This document shows, piece by piece, positions 20,519 through 32,756 of a DNA stretch of 64,000 nucleotides. Source of the stretch: Hydrurus foetidus. Taxonomy: Eukaryota. A model generated the notes under the pieces. It saw nothing but the letters and a program-made list of their open reading frames with translations. It ran no database searches and was not told where the DNA came from. The stretch spans positions 1,798,001 through 1,862,000 of the forward strand of contig UYFQ01000001.1 of assembly GCA_900617105.1 (NCBI GenBank), written 5' to 3'. Numbering within the stretch: the first letter of the stretch is position 1; every line of letters begins with the position of its first letter. Made by a program: the position numbers and the translations under genes.

Positions 20519-22018
20519 CTAGCTGCCCAACGACTTGACGATGCTGCTGATGGACTGGGCGCAGAGTGTCATTAAACCGCCGGGCAAAATACCAAGAAGC
20601 AAAATAAGCGCGCCATTGATGCTGAGCACCACCCGCGCATCGGCTGGGGCAACAATCGCATGAACAGGACTTTGCGGCGCATCGAAGTACATCACCTTAA
20701 TGACCCGAAGGTAGTAAAACGCACCGACCAACGACATCAAGACAGCAAAAATAGCCAGCAGCAAGTAGCTGGTTCGCTGCGACGAAATTAAAGCCTGCAG
20801 CACCGACAACTTGGCGTAAAACCCCACCAGCGGCGGCAAACCCGCCAGCGACAACATAACAACCGCCATCACACCCGCGTACAGCGGGCTGCGCTGGTTT
20901 AGGCCCGCGAGGTCGCTGATCTCTTCAGATTCATGACCGGCGCGCGCCAGCAGCATGATGATGCCGAAGGCCGCCAGCGTGGTCAACACGTAGGTGATGG
21001 CGTAAAACATGGCGGCGCTGTAGGCGGACTCGGTATTGAGCTGGTTGCCGTTGACGACACCGGACAGCAAGCCGAGCAGCATGAAACCCATTTGCGAAAT
21101 GGTTGAAAACGCCAACATGCGCTTGAGGTTGCTTTGCGCAATAGCGGCTAGATTGCCAATCAACAGAGAGCCAATTGCCATCAGGGCCAGCATTTGCTGC
21201 CAGTCGAAGGCCAGCGGCAACAAGCCCTCAACCAGCAAGCGCATGCAAATAGCAAAGGCCGCGAGTTGCGGTGCGCCGCCAATCAAGAGCGTGACAGCAG
21301 TCGGCGCACCCTGATACACGTCGGGTAGCCACATGTGAAACGGCACCGCCCCTAGCTTGAAAGCCAGGCCGGCCACGATAAACACCAAACCAAACACCAG
21401 CACCTGGTGCTTGACTTGCCTGCTGGCAATTGCTTTGAATACTTCGTTTAGATCTAGCGAGCCAGTAGCGCCGTAAAGCATTGATAAACCGTAGAGCAAA
21501 AAGCCCGAAGCCAGCGCGCCCAACACAAAATACTTCATGGCTGCTTCGGTTGCGGTGGCGTTGTCGCGCCGCAAAGCCACCAGCGCATAGCTGCTTAGGG
21601 TAAGCAACTCTAGCCCCATGTAAATGACTAAAAAGTTATGCCCCGAAATCATCACGAACATGCCGAGCATGGCAAACAAACTGAGGGTAAAAAACTCTCC
21701 GCCGCGCAGCATGTCACGGTCAAACGCATAAGGCCTGCCGTACACAAGCGACACCATCAGCGCGATGCATGAAAAGCACTTGAGCCAACTGCCCATAGGG
21801 TCAACCACCACCATGTTGCCAAAGCCGTAAAAGGTTTGGCCGCCCACGGCGTAAGCCGCTTCCAGCGCAGCCACCACACCCAGCGTGCCTAAGGTCATCA
21901 CATAGGTCAACGTGCGCATAGGCGACTTCACCCACAAATCGACCAGCAAAATAACGCAGCCCATGATGAGCAAAATGATCTCGGGGTAAACCGCGATCCA
22001 GGAGAGTTTATCGATCAT
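20519..22018 (-). CDS. nuoN: NADH-quinone oxidoreductase subunit N
   Basis: [31 protein letters not shown]; operon order. Confidence 0.96.
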   Translation of the reverse strand: MIDKLSWIAVYPEIILLIMGCVILLVDLWVKSPMRTLTYVMTLGTLGVVAALEAAYAVGGQTFYGFGNMVVVDPMGSWLKCFSCIALMVSLVYGRPYAFDRDMLRGGEFFTLSLFAMLGMFVMISGHNFLVIYMGLELLTLSSYALVALRRDNATATEAAMKYFVLGALASGFLLYGLSMLYGATGSLDLNEVFKAIASRQVKHQVLVFGLVFIVAGLAFKLGAVPFHMWLPDVYQGAPTAVTLLIGGAPQLAAFAICMRLLVEGLLPLAFDWQQMLALMAIGSLLIGNLAAIAQSNLKRMLAFSTISQMGFMLLGLLSGVVNGNQLNTESAYSAAMFYAITYVLTTLAAFGIIMLLARAGHESEEISDLAGLNQRSPLYAGVMAVVMLSLAGLPPLVGFYAKLSVLQALISSQRTSYLLLAIFAVLMSLVGAFYYLRVIKVMYFDAPQSPVHAIVAPADARVVLSINGALILLLGILPGGLMTLCAQSISSIVKSLGS

Positions 22019-22049
22019 GTTTATTCATCATTGCTGAATTTTTCTGCGG

Positions 22050-23525
22050 TTAGTTCAGTTTAGATTTGGCAACGTGCGTTAGCAAATCAGTCACAGTAGT
22101 GTTCATCACGTCGGTAAACGGCTTGGGGTACAAGCCCATGTAAAGCGTGGCAATGGCCAGCATGGCCAGCATCAAAAACTCTCTGGCGTTGATGTCTGTC
22201 AAGTTCTTTACATCATCATTAGTTACCGGCCCCAGGTATACCCGCTTGTACATCCACAGCGTGTAGGCCGCACCAGAAATCAACGCCGTTGCAGCAGCCA
22301 GGCCAATCCAGAAGTTGAACTTCACCGCACCCAAAATCACCATCCACTCGCCGACGAAACCAGCAGTCGCTGGCAAGCCGCAATTGGCCATGGCAAAAAA
22401 CAAGGCAAACGCTGCAAACTTGGGCATGGTGCTGACCACACCGCCGTAACTTGAAATTTCGCGTGAATGCACACGGTCATACAGCACGCCGATGCACAAA
22501 AACATAGCGCCCGATACAAAGCCGTGGGCAATCATTTGCACAATGCCGCCTGACACGCCCAGGTCATTAAAGATGAAAAAACCAAGCGTGACAAAACCCA
22601 TGTGTGCCACCGACGAATAGGCCACGAGTTTTTTCATGTCTTGCTGCACCAGCGCGACGAGGCCGACGTAGATCACCGCGGTAAGAGATAAAGCAATCAT
22701 CAGCCATGCCCATTCGCGCGAGGCGTCAGGCGCAATCGGCATCGAAAAACGCAAAAAGCCATAAGCACCGAGCTTGAGCATGATTGCCGCCAGCACCGCA
22801 GAGCCGCCGGTAGGCGCTTCAACGTGGACATCAGGTAGCCAGGTGTGCACCGGAAACATGGGCACCTTTACAGCAAACGCTGCAAAGAAGGCGAAGAAGA
22901 GCAAGGTTTGAATCGTGCCGCCCAACGGTAACTTGTGCCACGTCAAAATATCAAAACTGCCGCCGGACTTGTTGTACAGAAAAATCAATGCAACCAGCAT
23001 CAACAACGATCCAAGCAAGGTGTACAAAAAGAACTTGAAGGCAGCGTAAATTTTGTTGGGGCCGCCCCAAATGCCAATGATGAGGTACATCGGGATCAGC
23101 GTAGCTTCAAAAAATACGTAGAACAGCAGGCCATCTAGCGCAGAGAACACGCCAATCATCAGGCCGCTCAAAATCAAAAACGACGCCATGTATTGATTGA
23201 CGCGAGTGGTAATAGATTCCCAACTGGCGATGATGACCACCACGTTGATAAACGCAGTCAGCAGCACAAACCACAGCGAAATACCGTCAACACCGATGTG
23301 GTAGTTGACGTTAAAGCGGGCAATCCAGCTACCTTTTTCAACAAACTGCATGGCAGAGGTGCTGAGCTTGAAGCCGTCGTAAAGCGGCAGAGTAACTAAA
23401 AAACTGATGATGGCGCCAACAAGCGCAATCCAGCGAACGGTTTTGGCTTGATCATCGCGGCCAACCGCCAACAGCAGCAGGCCAAAAATAATCGGCGTCC
23501 ATATCGCAAGGCTTAGCAATCCCAT
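22050..23525 (-). CDS. nuoM: NADH-quinone oxidoreductase subunit M
   Basis: AVKVPMFPVHTWLPDVHVEAPT, LKLGAYG. Confidence 0.96.
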   Translation of the reverse strand: MGLLSLAIWTPIIFGLLLLAVGRDDQAKTVRWIALVGAIISFLVTLPLYDGFKLSTSAMQFVEKGSWIARFNVNYHIGVDGISLWFVLLTAFINVVVIIASWESITTRVNQYMASFLILSGLMIGVFSALDGLLFYVFFEATLIPMYLIIGIWGGPNKIYAAFKFFLYTLLGSLLMLVALIFLYNKSGGSFDILTWHKLPLGGTIQTLLFFAFFAAFAVKVPMFPVHTWLPDVHVEAPTGGSAVLAAIMLKLGAYGFLRFSMPIAPDASREWAWLMIALSLTAVIYVGLVALVQQDMKKLVAYSSVAHMGFVTLGFFIFNDLGVSGGIVQMIAHGFVSGAMFLCIGVLYDRVHSREISSYGGVVSTMPKFAAFALFFAMANCGLPATAGFVGEWMVILGAVKFNFWIGLAAATALISGAAYTLWMYKRVYLGPVTNDDVKNLTDINAREFLMLAMLAIATLYMGLYPKPFTDVMNTTVTDLLTHVAKSKLN

Positions 23526-23556
23526 TACATTTTTCCCGCTTCTTGTTGTTTGAGCG

Positions 23557-25587
23557 TTATCGATTCAGCCAGACGAAATACGTCATCAGCACAAAGACAC
23601 CAATAATCATGCCGAAAGCATAGTGGTAAATAAAACCAGATTGCAACCGGCGCACCGCCCCAGACACCCAACTGACCACCTTCCAGGAGCCATTGACTAA
23701 CGCGCCGTCAATCAACTTTTGGTCGCCGTATTTCCATAACCCCACGCCCAAACCACGGGCACCACGTGCCAGTACTTTTTCATTAAACCAGTCGAGGTAG
23801 TATTTATTCTCAAGCACCGTATAGACAGGTTGAAAAGTACGCTTGATGGACGCTGGCAGCTCTGGGTTGCGCAAGTACATGTACCATGCCAGCACCACAC
23901 CGCCCAGTGCCAGCCAGAACGGTGCAGCTGTCAAACCATGCAAGGCCATTTGTACGGGGCCGTAAAACAGCTTGGCCAGCTCTTCCATGGCCGGATGCTT
24001 TTCGAGATTGACGGTGATGACACTTTTGAAGAAGTCACCAAACAGCATGGGTTGAATGGTCATGAAGCCGATCACCACCGATGGAATTGCCAGCAGCACC
24101 AGAGGCACCGTGACGACCCACGGGGACTCATGCGGCAGGTGCGCTTTGCGATGATGGTCGTCGTGGGCGCCATGTGGGTCGCCCAAGTGCGCATCAGGGT
24201 TTTGGTCATAGCGCTCTTTGCCGTGAAAGACCAAAAAGTACAACCTGAAGGAGTAAAACGCGGTAATAAACACACCTGCCAAAACAGCAAAGTACGCAAA
24301 GCTCGCACCCGCCAGATGGCTTTCGTGCACCACTTCAATGATGCTGTCTTTGGAGTAAAAGCCTGAGAACAGTGGCGTGCCTATCAATGCCAGAGAGCCG
24401 AGCAAAAAAGTAATCCAGGTGATCGGCATGTACTTGCGCACGCCGCCCATCCAGCGAATGTCCTGGTTGTGGTGCATGCCCATGATGACCGAGCCCGCCG
24501 CCAAAAACAGCAGCGCTTTAAAAAAAGCATGCGTCATCAAATGGAACACCGCCACTGAGTAGGCTGACGCGCCCAACGCAACCGTCATGTAGCCAAGCTG
24601 CGACAACGTTGAATAAGCCACCACGCGCTTGATATCGTTTTGAATGATGCCTAAAAACCCCATGAATAGCGCAGTTATGCTGCCAATGATCATGATGAAG
24701 CTCAAGGCCGTGTCGCTCAGTTCGAACAGTGGCGACATGCGCGCCACCATGAAGATGCCAGCCGTGACCATGGTGGCGGCATGAATCAACGCGGAAATCG
24801 GCGTTGGACCTTCCATCGAATCAGGCAACCACACGTGCAGCGGAAACTGAGCCGACTTGCCCATCGCGCCGATGAACAGGCATATGCAAATCACCGTGAT
24901 CAACATCCAGTTGGTACCGGGCAGCATTAACTTTGAAAGCTCGTCACCTTTGGCAAATGCTTCGCCATAATTCAAAGTGCCTGCGTAAGCGGCAAGCAGG
25001 CCGATGCCTAGAATAAAACCGAAGTCACCCACGCGGTTGACGAGAAATGCCTTCATGTTGGCGTGGGTGGCGCTGGGCTTGTTGTAGTAAAAACCAATCA
25101 GCAAATACGACACCAAACCCACTGCCTCCCAGCCGAAGAAAAGCTGCAGCATGTTGTTGCTCATCACCAGCATCAGCATGGCGAAAGTAAACAGCGAGAT
25201 GTAGCCGAAGAAACGGTTGTACCCTTCGTCTTCTTCCATGTAGCCGATGGTGTAGATATGCACCATGAGCGACACAAAAGTCACTACGCACATCATCATG
25301 GCCGTCAAGCCGTCGACCAGAAAGCCGACTTCCATCTTCAAGCCGCCAACCACCATCCAGGTGTAAAGCGTTTCATTAAAACGAGCGCCGTCCATAGCCA
25401 CGCTTTTGAGCGTCATGGCTGACAAGATGAAGGCCAGCAACACACCCAAAATCGTGAGCGTGTGTGACCCGCGCCGACCAATCCAGTTGCCGCCAAAAAC
25501 AGTGCCGAAGACGCCCGCCAATACAGCACCGGCCAAGGGCAACAGCGGGACGGCCAGCAGGTTTGAAACAGAAAGGGTTTGACTCAT
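23557..25587 (-). CDS. nuoL: NADH-quinone oxidoreductase subunit L
   Basis: GKSAQFPLHVWLPDSMEGPTPISALIHAATMV. Confidence 0.97.
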   Translation of the reverse strand: MSQTLSVSNLLAVPLLPLAGAVLAGVFGTVFGGNWIGRRGSHTLTILGVLLAFILSAMTLKSVAMDGARFNETLYTWMVVGGLKMEVGFLVDGLTAMMMCVVTFVSLMVHIYTIGYMEEDEGYNRFFGYISLFTFAMLMLVMSNNMLQLFFGWEAVGLVSYLLIGFYYNKPSATHANMKAFLVNRVGDFGFILGIGLLAAYAGTLNYGEAFAKGDELSKLMLPGTNWMLITVICICLFIGAMGKSAQFPLHVWLPDSMEGPTPISALIHAATMVTAGIFMVARMSPLFELSDTALSFIMIIGSITALFMGFLGIIQNDIKRVVAYSTLSQLGYMTVALGASAYSVAVFHLMTHAFFKALLFLAAGSVIMGMHHNQDIRWMGGVRKYMPITWITFLLGSLALIGTPLFSGFYSKDSIIEVVHESHLAGASFAYFAVLAGVFITAFYSFRLYFLVFHGKERYDQNPDAHLGDPHGAHDDHHRKAHLPHESPWVVTVPLVLLAIPSVVIGFMTIQPMLFGDFFKSVITVNLEKHPAMEELAKLFYGPVQMALHGLTAAPFWLALGGVVLAWYMYLRNPELPASIKRTFQPVYTVLENKYYLDWFNEKVLARGARGLGVGLWKYGDQKLIDGALVNGSWKVVSWVSGAVRRLQSGFIYHYAFGMIIGVFVLMTYFVWLNR

Positions 25588-25595
25588 TTTTCTGA

Positions 25596-25904
25596 TCAGC
25601 CTTTTAGCGTATTGAGTTCGTCGACATTGATGCTTGATTTATTTCGAAACAAGAGCACCAGAATGGCCAAACCAATTGCAGATTCGGCAGCAGCAACCGT
25701 CAAAATAAAGAACACAAAAATTTGTCCTGCCATATCGTTTAGGTAGTACGAGAAGGCAACAAAATTCATGTTGACGGCCAGCAGCATGAGCTCAATGGCC
25801 ATCAACAAAATAATCAGGTTTTTGCGGTTCAGAAAAATACCAATAACCGACAGGGCAAACAACATTGCGCCAAGCGAAAGAAAATGTCCAAGTGTGAGCG
25901 TCAT
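25596..25904 (-). CDS. nuoK: NADH-quinone oxidoreductase subunit K
   Basis: [20 protein letters not shown]. Confidence 0.96.
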   Translation of the reverse strand: MTLTLGHFLSLGAMLFALSVIGIFLNRKNLIILLMAIELMLLAVNMNFVAFSYYLNDMAGQIFVFFILTVAAAESAIGLAILVLLFRNKSSINVDELNTLKG

Positions 25905-26563
25905 GCCTTTTTTTCCTCCGCCACGGTCGCAACGACCACAAGGGATTCAGGCATCACCGATTTCATTTTGACCAGTGTTACGCGATCTTTGCGTTTGACT
26001 CTGACCTGCTCTGAGGGATTTTGTGATTTTGAGTCTTTGCGTGCACGCAAGGTCAGGGCAATAGCTGCAATGATTGCCACCAACAAGATGACCGCTGCAA
26101 TTTCCAGGGGATAGATATAGTCTGAGTACAGCACCTTGCCTAGCTCTTTGGTATTAGAGACCTGCGCGCCTATTTGTCCTGCTGCGGAACTCTGCAAACT
26201 AGCCACTTTAGGAGGTTCACGAAAGCCACCCATCAGCACGTATGACATTTCTAACGCAATGATTGCGCCCACCGCACCAGCAAGCGGAAAGTGCTTCCAA
26301 AAGCCCTGGCGAACGCTGTCGATATTGATGTCCAGCATCATGACCACAAACAAGAACAGCACCATCACCGCACCAACGTAGACCAACACAAGTGTGATGG
26401 CGAGAAATTCTGCCTTCAACAAAATCCAGATAGCCGCCGCCTGAAAAAATGCCAGCACCAAGAATAACGCGGCATGCACTGGGTTTCGGGCGGTGATTAC
26501 CTTGAATGCTGCAAACAACATCAGCGCGGCGAAGACATAAAAAAGACCTGTTTTAGCGTCCAT
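25901..26563 (-). CDS. nuoJ: NADH-quinone oxidoreductase subunit J
   Basis: [26 protein letters not shown]. Confidence 0.95.
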   Translation of the reverse strand: MDAKTGLFYVFAALMLFAAFKVITARNPVHAALFLVLAFFQAAAIWILLKAEFLAITLVLVYVGAVMVLFLFVVMMLDINIDSVRQGFWKHFPLAGAVGAIIALEMSYVLMGGFREPPKVASLQSSAAGQIGAQVSNTKELGKVLYSDYIYPLEIAAVILLVAIIAAIALTLRARKDSKSQNPSEQVRVKRKDRVTLVKMKSVMPESLVVVATVAEEKKA

Positions 26564-26611
26564 GTTGCTTTCGTAATATTCTTTTTTTAGAAGCTGCTAA
26601 TTAGCGGCTGA

Positions 26612-27115
26612 TTAACGGAACTTAGCGTCAGCGATTCGGTTGGCTGCAATTTCGGCCTCATATCGATCACCGACTGCAAGCAACATGTCTTTAGTGAAAT
26701 AAAGATCACCGCGTTTTTCGCCGTGGTACTCAAAAATATGCGTTTCTACAATGGAGTCGACCGGGCAACTCTCTTCACAAAAGCCGCAAAAAATGCACTT
26801 GGTTAAATCAATGTCGTAGCGCGAAGTGCGGCGGCTGCCGTCTTCGCGCACGTCAGATTCAATCGTGATGGCCATGGCGGGGCAAACCGCTTCGCACAGC
26901 TTGCAGGCAATGCAGCGCTCTTCACCGTTTTCGTAGCGGCGCAGCGCATGCAGGCCACGAAAACGCGGGCTTTGCGGCGTTTTCTCTTCAGGGAACTGCA
27001 CGGTGATTTTGCGCTTGAACATGTACTTACCAGTCAGGGCCATGCCCTTGAACAGCTCAGTCAGCATGAAGCTCGAAGCAAAGTCTTTAAAGGAAGCAAC
27101 AGCGCTCATGATCAT
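26612..27115 (-). CDS. nuoI: NADH-quinone oxidoreductase subunit I
   Basis: Two 4Fe-4S motifs [12 protein letters not shown] and [12 protein letters not shown]. Confidence 0.96.
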   Translation of the reverse strand: MIMSAVASFKDFASSFMLTELFKGMALTGKYMFKRKITVQFPEEKTPQSPRFRGLHALRRYENGEERCIACKLCEAVCPAMAITIESDVREDGSRRTSRYDIDLTKCIFCGFCEESCPVDSIVETHIFEYHGEKRGDLYFTKDMLLAVGDRYEAEIAANRIADAKFR

Positions 27116-28185
27116 TTCCAAATTGAATAGGAGGTCTGCATCCAGCCGCCGACAATGACTAGCCAGACCAAAGTCACAGGGATGAAAATTTTCCAGCCTA
27201 AGCGCATGATCTGGTCATAGCGAAAGCGCGGGAAGGTGGCGCGTACCCACAAGAAGGTGGTGACGACCATGAAAGTTTTCAGGCCTAGCCAGATCCAGCC
27301 GGGAATAAAGCTCAAGGCCTCGACGGGCGGCAGCCAGCCACCCAAGAAAAGCAACACCGCCAAAATCGCCACCAGCCACATGTTGGCGTATTCGGCCAAA
27401 AAGAACATGGCAAATGCCATGCCTGAATACTCAACCATGTGCCCAGCCACAATCTCGGATTCGCCCTCGACCACATCAAACGGGTGTCGATTGGTTTCAG
27501 CCAAGCTGGATATGAAATACACCACAAAAATAGGTAGCAGCGGCAACCAGTTCCACGACAGGAAGCCGACACCGTTGCTCGCGGCCATCCCTTTGCCCTG
27601 CCCCATCACTATGTCAGTCATGTTTAAGCTGCCCGACACCATCAGCACCACCACCAGGCAAAACCCCATGGCGATTTCATAGCTGACCATTTGCGCTGAT
27701 GCACGCATGGCACCCAAAAATGCGTACTTGGAGTTGGATGCCCAGCCGGCGATGATCACGCCATAGACTTCTAGCGACGTGATCGCCATCAAAAACAGCA
27801 AGCCTGCGTTGATGTTGGCCAGCGCCACATCGGGGCCAAACGGAATAACCGCCCAGGCAGCCAGCGCCGGCATGATGGTCATGATGGGGCCGAGCACAAA
27901 CAAGCCCTTGCTGGCTGCAGTAGGAATAATGATTTCTTTGGTCAGCAGCTTGAGCGCATCAGCTATGGGCTGCAGCAAACCGAACGGGCCTACACGGTTG
28001 GGGCCAAGGCGAATTTGCGTAAAACCAATCGCCTTGCGCTCCCACAGCGTGAGGTAAGCAACAGCACCCATCAATGGCAGCAAGACGCAAACAATCTTGA
28101 TCAATGTCCAGATCACAGGCCACACGGTGGTTGGCCAAACACCGCCGCCCAAACCTTGACCGAACGCATGAATCGCATCGATCAT
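27112..28185 (-). CDS. nuoH: NADH-quinone oxidoreductase subunit H
   Basis: [31 protein letters not shown]. Confidence 0.97.
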   Translation of the reverse strand: MIDAIHAFGQGLGGGVWPTTVWPVIWTLIKIVCVLLPLMGAVAYLTLWERKAIGFTQIRLGPNRVGPFGLLQPIADALKLLTKEIIIPTAASKGLFVLGPIMTIMPALAAWAVIPFGPDVALANINAGLLFLMAITSLEVYGVIIAGWASNSKYAFLGAMRASAQMVSYEIAMGFCLVVVLMVSGSLNMTDIVMGQGKGMAASNGVGFLSWNWLPLLPIFVVYFISSLAETNRHPFDVVEGESEIVAGHMVEYSGMAFAMFFLAEYANMWLVAILAVLLFLGGWLPPVEALSFIPGWIWLGLKTFMVVTTFLWVRATFPRFRYDQIMRLGWKIFIPVTLVWLVIVGGWMQTSYSIWK

Positions 28186-30338
28186 GCTGCCACCTCTTCG
28201 GCGTTGACATGTGCAGCAGAAACGCCACGTGCATCAGCCGTCAATTGCAACGATGTTGCACGCCTGACCAAGCCATCTAACTGGTAAATGCTGCCCACAG
28301 ACGGGGCAGCTTGGTTTGCGCTTGACAGCACGATGGCAGCGTCAGACGAATTGCTTAGCTTTTCAGCAGCTACCTGATCACCCACGATACCTTGAACTTG
28401 TTTGAGCACGTCCTGCGACGACTCAAAATCAAAACCTGGCAAGCCGAGCAAGTTACCCAGCACGCGGAGCACCTTCCAAGCAGGACGCGTATCACCCAAA
28501 GGCTTGACGACCGCGTGAAAGCTTTGTACGCGGCCTTCGGCGTTGACAAACGTGCCTGGCGTTTCAGTAAACGGAGCGATGGGCAACAGCACATCGCTGA
28601 AGCTCATGTTGGCCTTGAAGGGGCTGAGTGTGACGACCATTTGCGTTGAATTAAGTGCAGTCATCGCCCTTGCGCCGGGTGCCGAGTCAAACTCAGGCTC
28701 GGTATTCAACAACACGACTGCTTTCAGCTTTCCATCCAACATCCGGCCAGCGTTCGAGCCTTTGCCTTGCGGCGCAGCGCCTGCAAGCTGCGCGCCGACG
28801 GTGTTGGCTGCTTCAGTCAAGTAACCAACGCTTGCACCTGTTTGTGCGCCTATCCAGTTGGCAAGCGCCAGCAGGCTTGAAGCGTTGACGTGATGCGCAG
28901 CTGCATTGCCCAGCAAGATAGCTTTGCGCTCACCGCTAATCAGTGATTTGGCAATCGCCCTGGCGTTGTCTGTCGCCTGGCCTGGCGCAGGAGCAGTCAC
29001 ACCCTTTTCAGTCGCGATGACTGACGCCACATCCGCCAGCAACTGCGCCCACGAGCCAGAAGCGGCAACCGCTGCGTTCGCTACTGGCATCGCCCACGCG
29101 TCGGTCGTTGCGAGTTCGACTACAGAATTGATAGCACTTATCGCGCATCCTTTACGGGCTGCTTGCCTGATTCGCTGTGCAAACAGCGGGTGGTCTTTGC
29201 GCAAATTAGAGCCAACGATCAACACACGCTGCAAAGTAGACAGTGAAGCGATAGATGTACCGAGCCAACGGACCCCCGGGCCAAAGGCAAACTCAGCGTT
29301 GCGCAAACGGTAGTCAATGTTGTCACTGCCCATACCGCGCATCAATGAAGCAGCCAAGAACAATTCTTCAAGCGTGCTGTGCGGGCTGGCCAGTGTGCCA
29401 ATGCTGTCAGCACCGTGGTCAGTCTTGATTTGTTTCAAGCCGTTGGCTACATATTCAAGCGCGGTTTGCCAGTCGACAGTTTTCCATTGCCCGCCCTGCT
29501 TGATCATTGGGCTCGTCAAACGCTCGGCACTGTCCAACGCTTCATAAGAAAAGCGGTCGCGGTCGGCAATCCAGCACTCGTTGACGTCTTCATTTTCAAG
29601 CGGCACAACACGCATGACCTTGTTGGCCTTGACCTGAACAATCAGGTTGGCGCCGGTTGAATCGTGCGGGCTGATGGATTTGCGGCGTGACAGCTCCCAC
29701 GTTCGGGCGCTGTAACGAAAAGGCTTGCTGGTCAATGCACCGACCGGGCAAATGTCAATCATGTTGCCTGAAAGTTCAGAGTCAACCGACATGCCGACAA
29801 AGGTTTCAATCTCGGCATGCTCGCCGCGATGCGACATGCCCAACTCCATCACGCCAGCGACTTCTTGCCCGAAGCGCACGCAGCGGGTGCAGTGAATGCA
29901 ACGGCTCATCTCTTGCATTGACACCAACGGGCCGACGTCTTTGTAGGCGACAACGCGTTTTTCTTCTTCGTAACGCGAGCCGCTACCGCCATAGCCCACA
30001 GCCAAATCCTGCAACTGGCACTCACCACCTTGGTCGCAAATCGGGCAATCCAGCGGGTGGTTGATCAGCAAAAATTCCATCACGCCTTTTTGCGCTTTGA
30101 TGGCTTTGTCGTTCTTGGTGTGAACGATCATGCCCTGCGTCACGGGCGTGGCACACGCTGGCATGGGCTTGGGGACTTTTTCAACATCGACCAGACACAT
30201 GCGGCAGTTGGCCGCAATACTCAGCTTCTTGTGATAACAAAAATGCGGAATGTAGGTACCGGCTTTTTCAGCCGCGTGCATGATCGTGCTGCCTTCGAGC
30301 ACATCAACTTTTTGGCCGTCTAATTGGATTTCAATCAT
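28182..30338 (-). CDS. nuoG: NADH-quinone oxidoreductase subunit G
   Basis: PHFCYH...[29 protein letters not shown]. Confidence 0.97.
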   Translation of the reverse strand: MIEIQLDGQKVDVLEGSTIMHAAEKAGTYIPHFCYHKKLSIAANCRMCLVDVEKVPKPMPACATPVTQGMIVHTKNDKAIKAQKGVMEFLLINHPLDCPICDQGGECQLQDLAVGYGGSGSRYEEEKRVVAYKDVGPLVSMQEMSRCIHCTRCVRFGQEVAGVMELGMSHRGEHAEIETFVGMSVDSELSGNMIDICPVGALTSKPFRYSARTWELSRRKSISPHDSTGANLIVQVKANKVMRVVPLENEDVNECWIADRDRFSYEALDSAERLTSPMIKQGGQWKTVDWQTALEYVANGLKQIKTDHGADSIGTLASPHSTLEELFLAASLMRGMGSDNIDYRLRNAEFAFGPGVRWLGTSIASLSTLQRVLIVGSNLRKDHPLFAQRIRQAARKGCAISAINSVVELATTDAWAMPVANAAVAASGSWAQLLADVASVIATEKGVTAPAPGQATDNARAIAKSLISGERKAILLGNAAAHHVNASSLLALANWIGAQTGASVGYLTEAANTVGAQLAGAAPQGKGSNAGRMLDGKLKAVVLLNTEPEFDSAPGARAMTALNSTQMVVTLSPFKANMSFSDVLLPIAPFTETPGTFVNAEGRVQSFHAVVKPLGDTRPAWKVLRVLGNLLGLPGFDFESSQDVLKQVQGIVGDQVAAEKLSNSSDAAIVLSSANQAAPSVGSIYQLDGLVRRATSLQLTADARGVSAAHVNAEEVAA

Positions 30339-31789
30339 GTTGTTAAGCGCTCCGCGCTTTTGATCTCACCCTCGCCCCTGGGAGTGAGGAGGTTCTGCGA
30401 AGCGGCTGGAATCATGGCCTCAAACTCGTGGCGGAAATGCTTGATCATGGCGCGGACCGGCATGGCGGCAGCATCACCCAGCGCGCAAATGGTGCGGCCT
30501 TGAATGTTGTCAGCCACTGAGTTAAGCAAGTCCAAGTCAGTTGGCTTGCCTTTGCCAGTGTGAATGCGATCGACCATGCGCCACAGCCAGCCTGTACCTT
30601 CACGGCAAGGTGTGCATTGGCCACACGATTCGTGCATGTAAAAGTACGACAGCCGCTTGAGTGATTCGACCATACAGCGGGTGTCATCCATCACGATGAC
30701 CGCGCCTGAACCGAGCATGGAGCCTGCTTTGGCAATCGAGTCATAGTCCATGGTGCATTCCATCATGATGGCGGCAGGCAGCACGGGAGCTGATGAGCCG
30801 CCAGGGATGACTGCTTTGAGTGTTCGGCCTTGGGCAGCGCCTCTTACGCCGCCCGCTATTTCCAGCAGTTTGGCAAATGGTGTACCGAGCGGCACTTCAT
30901 AGTTGCCCGGCCATTCGACATCGCCCGACACCGAATAAATCTTGGTGCCGCCGTTATTCGGCTTGCCGCATTCCAGATAAGCCTGACCACCGTTGCGAAT
31001 GAGCCAGGGCACAGCTGCAAAAGTTTCGGTGTTGTTGATCGTCGTTGGTTTGCCATACAAACCAAAGCTGGCCGGAAATGGCGGCTTGAAGCGCGGCTGG
31101 CCTTTTTTGCCTTCGAGCGATTCGAGCAAAGCAGTTTCCTCACCGCAAATGTAAGCACCAAAACCGTGGGACGCATGCAGCTGAAAACTGAAGTTGCTGC
31201 CGAGAATTTTGTCGCCCAAGAATCCAGCGGCACGGGCTTCTTCCAATGCTTCTTCAAAGCGTTGATAAGTCGTAAAAATCTCGCCGTGAATATAGTTGTA
31301 ACCCACGGTGATACCCATGGCATACGCAGCAATCGCCATGCCTTCAATCACGCTGTGCGGGTTGAACTGCATGATGTCACGGTCTTTGCAGGTGCCCGGC
31401 TCGCCTTCGTCCGAATTGCAAACCAAATATTTTTGACCCGGGAACTGTCGCGGCATGAAGCTCCACTTCAATCCCGTCGGGAAACCCGCGCCGCCACGGC
31501 CACGCAAGCCGCCGAGCTTGACTTCTGCAATCACTTGATCAGGCGTCATGCCCACGACTGGCAAGTCGTTTGGTGATTTCTCGTCACCTTGGGCGAGTAT
31601 TTTGCGCAGCGCAGCATAGCCACCACGAGCTTCATAGTCTTTCAAGCGCCAATTGGAACCATTCAAGTCCGCCATGATTTGCGGGTTGATGTGGCGGCCA
31701 TGAAAGCTGCTTTGCACGCCGGTTGCTGCGAATTGCGACAACACGTTTTTAGCTTCAGGACTCACGACGGAATTCACAGAAACAGTCAT
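30335..31789 (-). CDS. nuoF: NADH-quinone oxidoreductase subunit F
   Basis: [33 protein letters not shown]. Confidence 0.97.
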   Translation of the reverse strand: MTVSVNSVVSPEAKNVLSQFAATGVQSSFHGRHINPQIMADLNGSNWRLKDYEARGGYAALRKILAQGDEKSPNDLPVVGMTPDQVIAEVKLGGLRGRGGAGFPTGLKWSFMPRQFPGQKYLVCNSDEGEPGTCKDRDIMQFNPHSVIEGMAIAAYAMGITVGYNYIHGEIFTTYQRFEEALEEARAAGFLGDKILGSNFSFQLHASHGFGAYICGEETALLESLEGKKGQPRFKPPFPASFGLYGKPTTINNTETFAAVPWLIRNGGQAYLECGKPNNGGTKIYSVSGDVEWPGNYEVPLGTPFAKLLEIAGGVRGAAQGRTLKAVIPGGSSAPVLPAAIMMECTMDYDSIAKAGSMLGSGAVIVMDDTRCMVESLKRLSYFYMHESCGQCTPCREGTGWLWRMVDRIHTGKGKPTDLDLLNSVADNIQGRTICALGDAAAMPVRAMIKHFRHEFEAMIPAASQNLLTPRGEGEIKSAERLTT

Positions 31790-32283
31790 TGGGTTTTTGC
31801 CTCAGCAGTTTGCAGGCCAGCAATCAGCTGGTCGAGCTTTTCGTTGCTCATGAAGCTGCACATCGTCAAGTCGTTGACCAACATGACCGGTGAATCGGCG
31901 CAGGCGCCCAGACATTCCGACTGCTGCAGCGTGAACAAGCCATCTGCCGTTGTCTCGCCCATCGAAATACCCAGCTTATGTTCTAAGTGCTTCAGTGCCT
32001 TCGAGCCGTCACGCAACTGACAAGGCAAATTGGTACACACATTCAGCTTGTATTTGCCCACCGGATGCTGGTTGTACATGTTGTAGAAGGTCGTGACTTC
32101 ATGCACAGCGATTGGCGCCATACCCAAATACTCGGCCACCAGCTTTTCGCTGTCAGCGCTGACATAGCCCAACTCTTCTTGAACAATCGTCAAGCAAGCC
32201 ATAACGGCTGACTGTTTTTGGTCAGCGGGGTATTTGGCAACTTCGCGTGCAAATTTCGATTTGGCTTTTTCAGAAATCATCAA
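31786..32283 (-). CDS. nuoE: NADH-quinone oxidoreductase subunit E
   Basis: VCTNLPC...ECLGAC 2Fe-2S ligands. Confidence 0.95.
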   Translation of the reverse strand: MMISEKAKSKFAREVAKYPADQKQSAVMACLTIVQEELGYVSADSEKLVAEYLGMAPIAVHEVTTFYNMYNQHPVGKYKLNVCTNLPCQLRDGSKALKHLEHKLGISMGETTADGLFTLQQSECLGACADSPVMLVNDLTMCSFMSNEKLDQLIAGLQTAEAKTQ

Positions 32284-32756
32284 TACTTTCCGCAGACAGA
32301 GTTGACCGTACCTCTGTCAAAAAGACCGAGCCGTTGCTTCGCTGACTCACAACTTAACTTGAATACAAGTTGAACACTTTGCTGCGCAACATCATCTGAT
32401 GTACTGAATCGAAAGAATTTTTGCCCTAACGGTGAAGAATAAAACTCACTGAGTTTTACGATTTCGTCAACGCTAAACTTTTCAGAAATTTGGTTGGCAT
32501 AACCCTTAGCAAAGTTACCTTTAGTAAAGTTTCGCTGCAACTCCTCGGTGAGAGTCTTGGAGGCTTCTTTTGAAGCTCCACTGCTTTCTAGCTGAACTTT
32601 TAATCCCGCAAGCATTGGCGGGAGAATGGTTTCTATAACTTTCCATGACCCTTCAATTAATTGATCTGTCAATCGGACTGCCTCATAAGTCGCTGTCTGC
32701 GAAAAGGAGGCAGTCGACGCAGCAACCAAGCAAATTGATACGAGTATTTTTTTCAT
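32280..32756 (-). CDS. secreted DUF2059-like protein inserted in the nuo operon
   Basis: Sec signal [40 protein letters not shown] resembles the DUF2059 signature; overlaps both neighbours by 4 nt. Confidence 0.7.
   Translation of the reverse strand: MKKILVSICLVAASTASFSQTATYEAVRLTDQLIEGSWKVIETILPPMLAGLKVQLESSGASKEASKTLTEELQRNFTKGNFAKGYANQISEKFSVDEIVKLSEFYSSPLGQKFFRFSTSDDVAQQSVQLVFKLSCESAKQRLGLFDRGTVNSVCGKY

Noticed and set aside
24120..24200. His-rich loop in NuoL
   Set aside because: A common variable feature of proteobacterial NuoL.
26578..26598. Possible half copy of the 41-bp repeat between nuoI and nuoJ
   Set aside because: Only the first arm (ATT-N11-AGC-TGCT) matches; too short to count.
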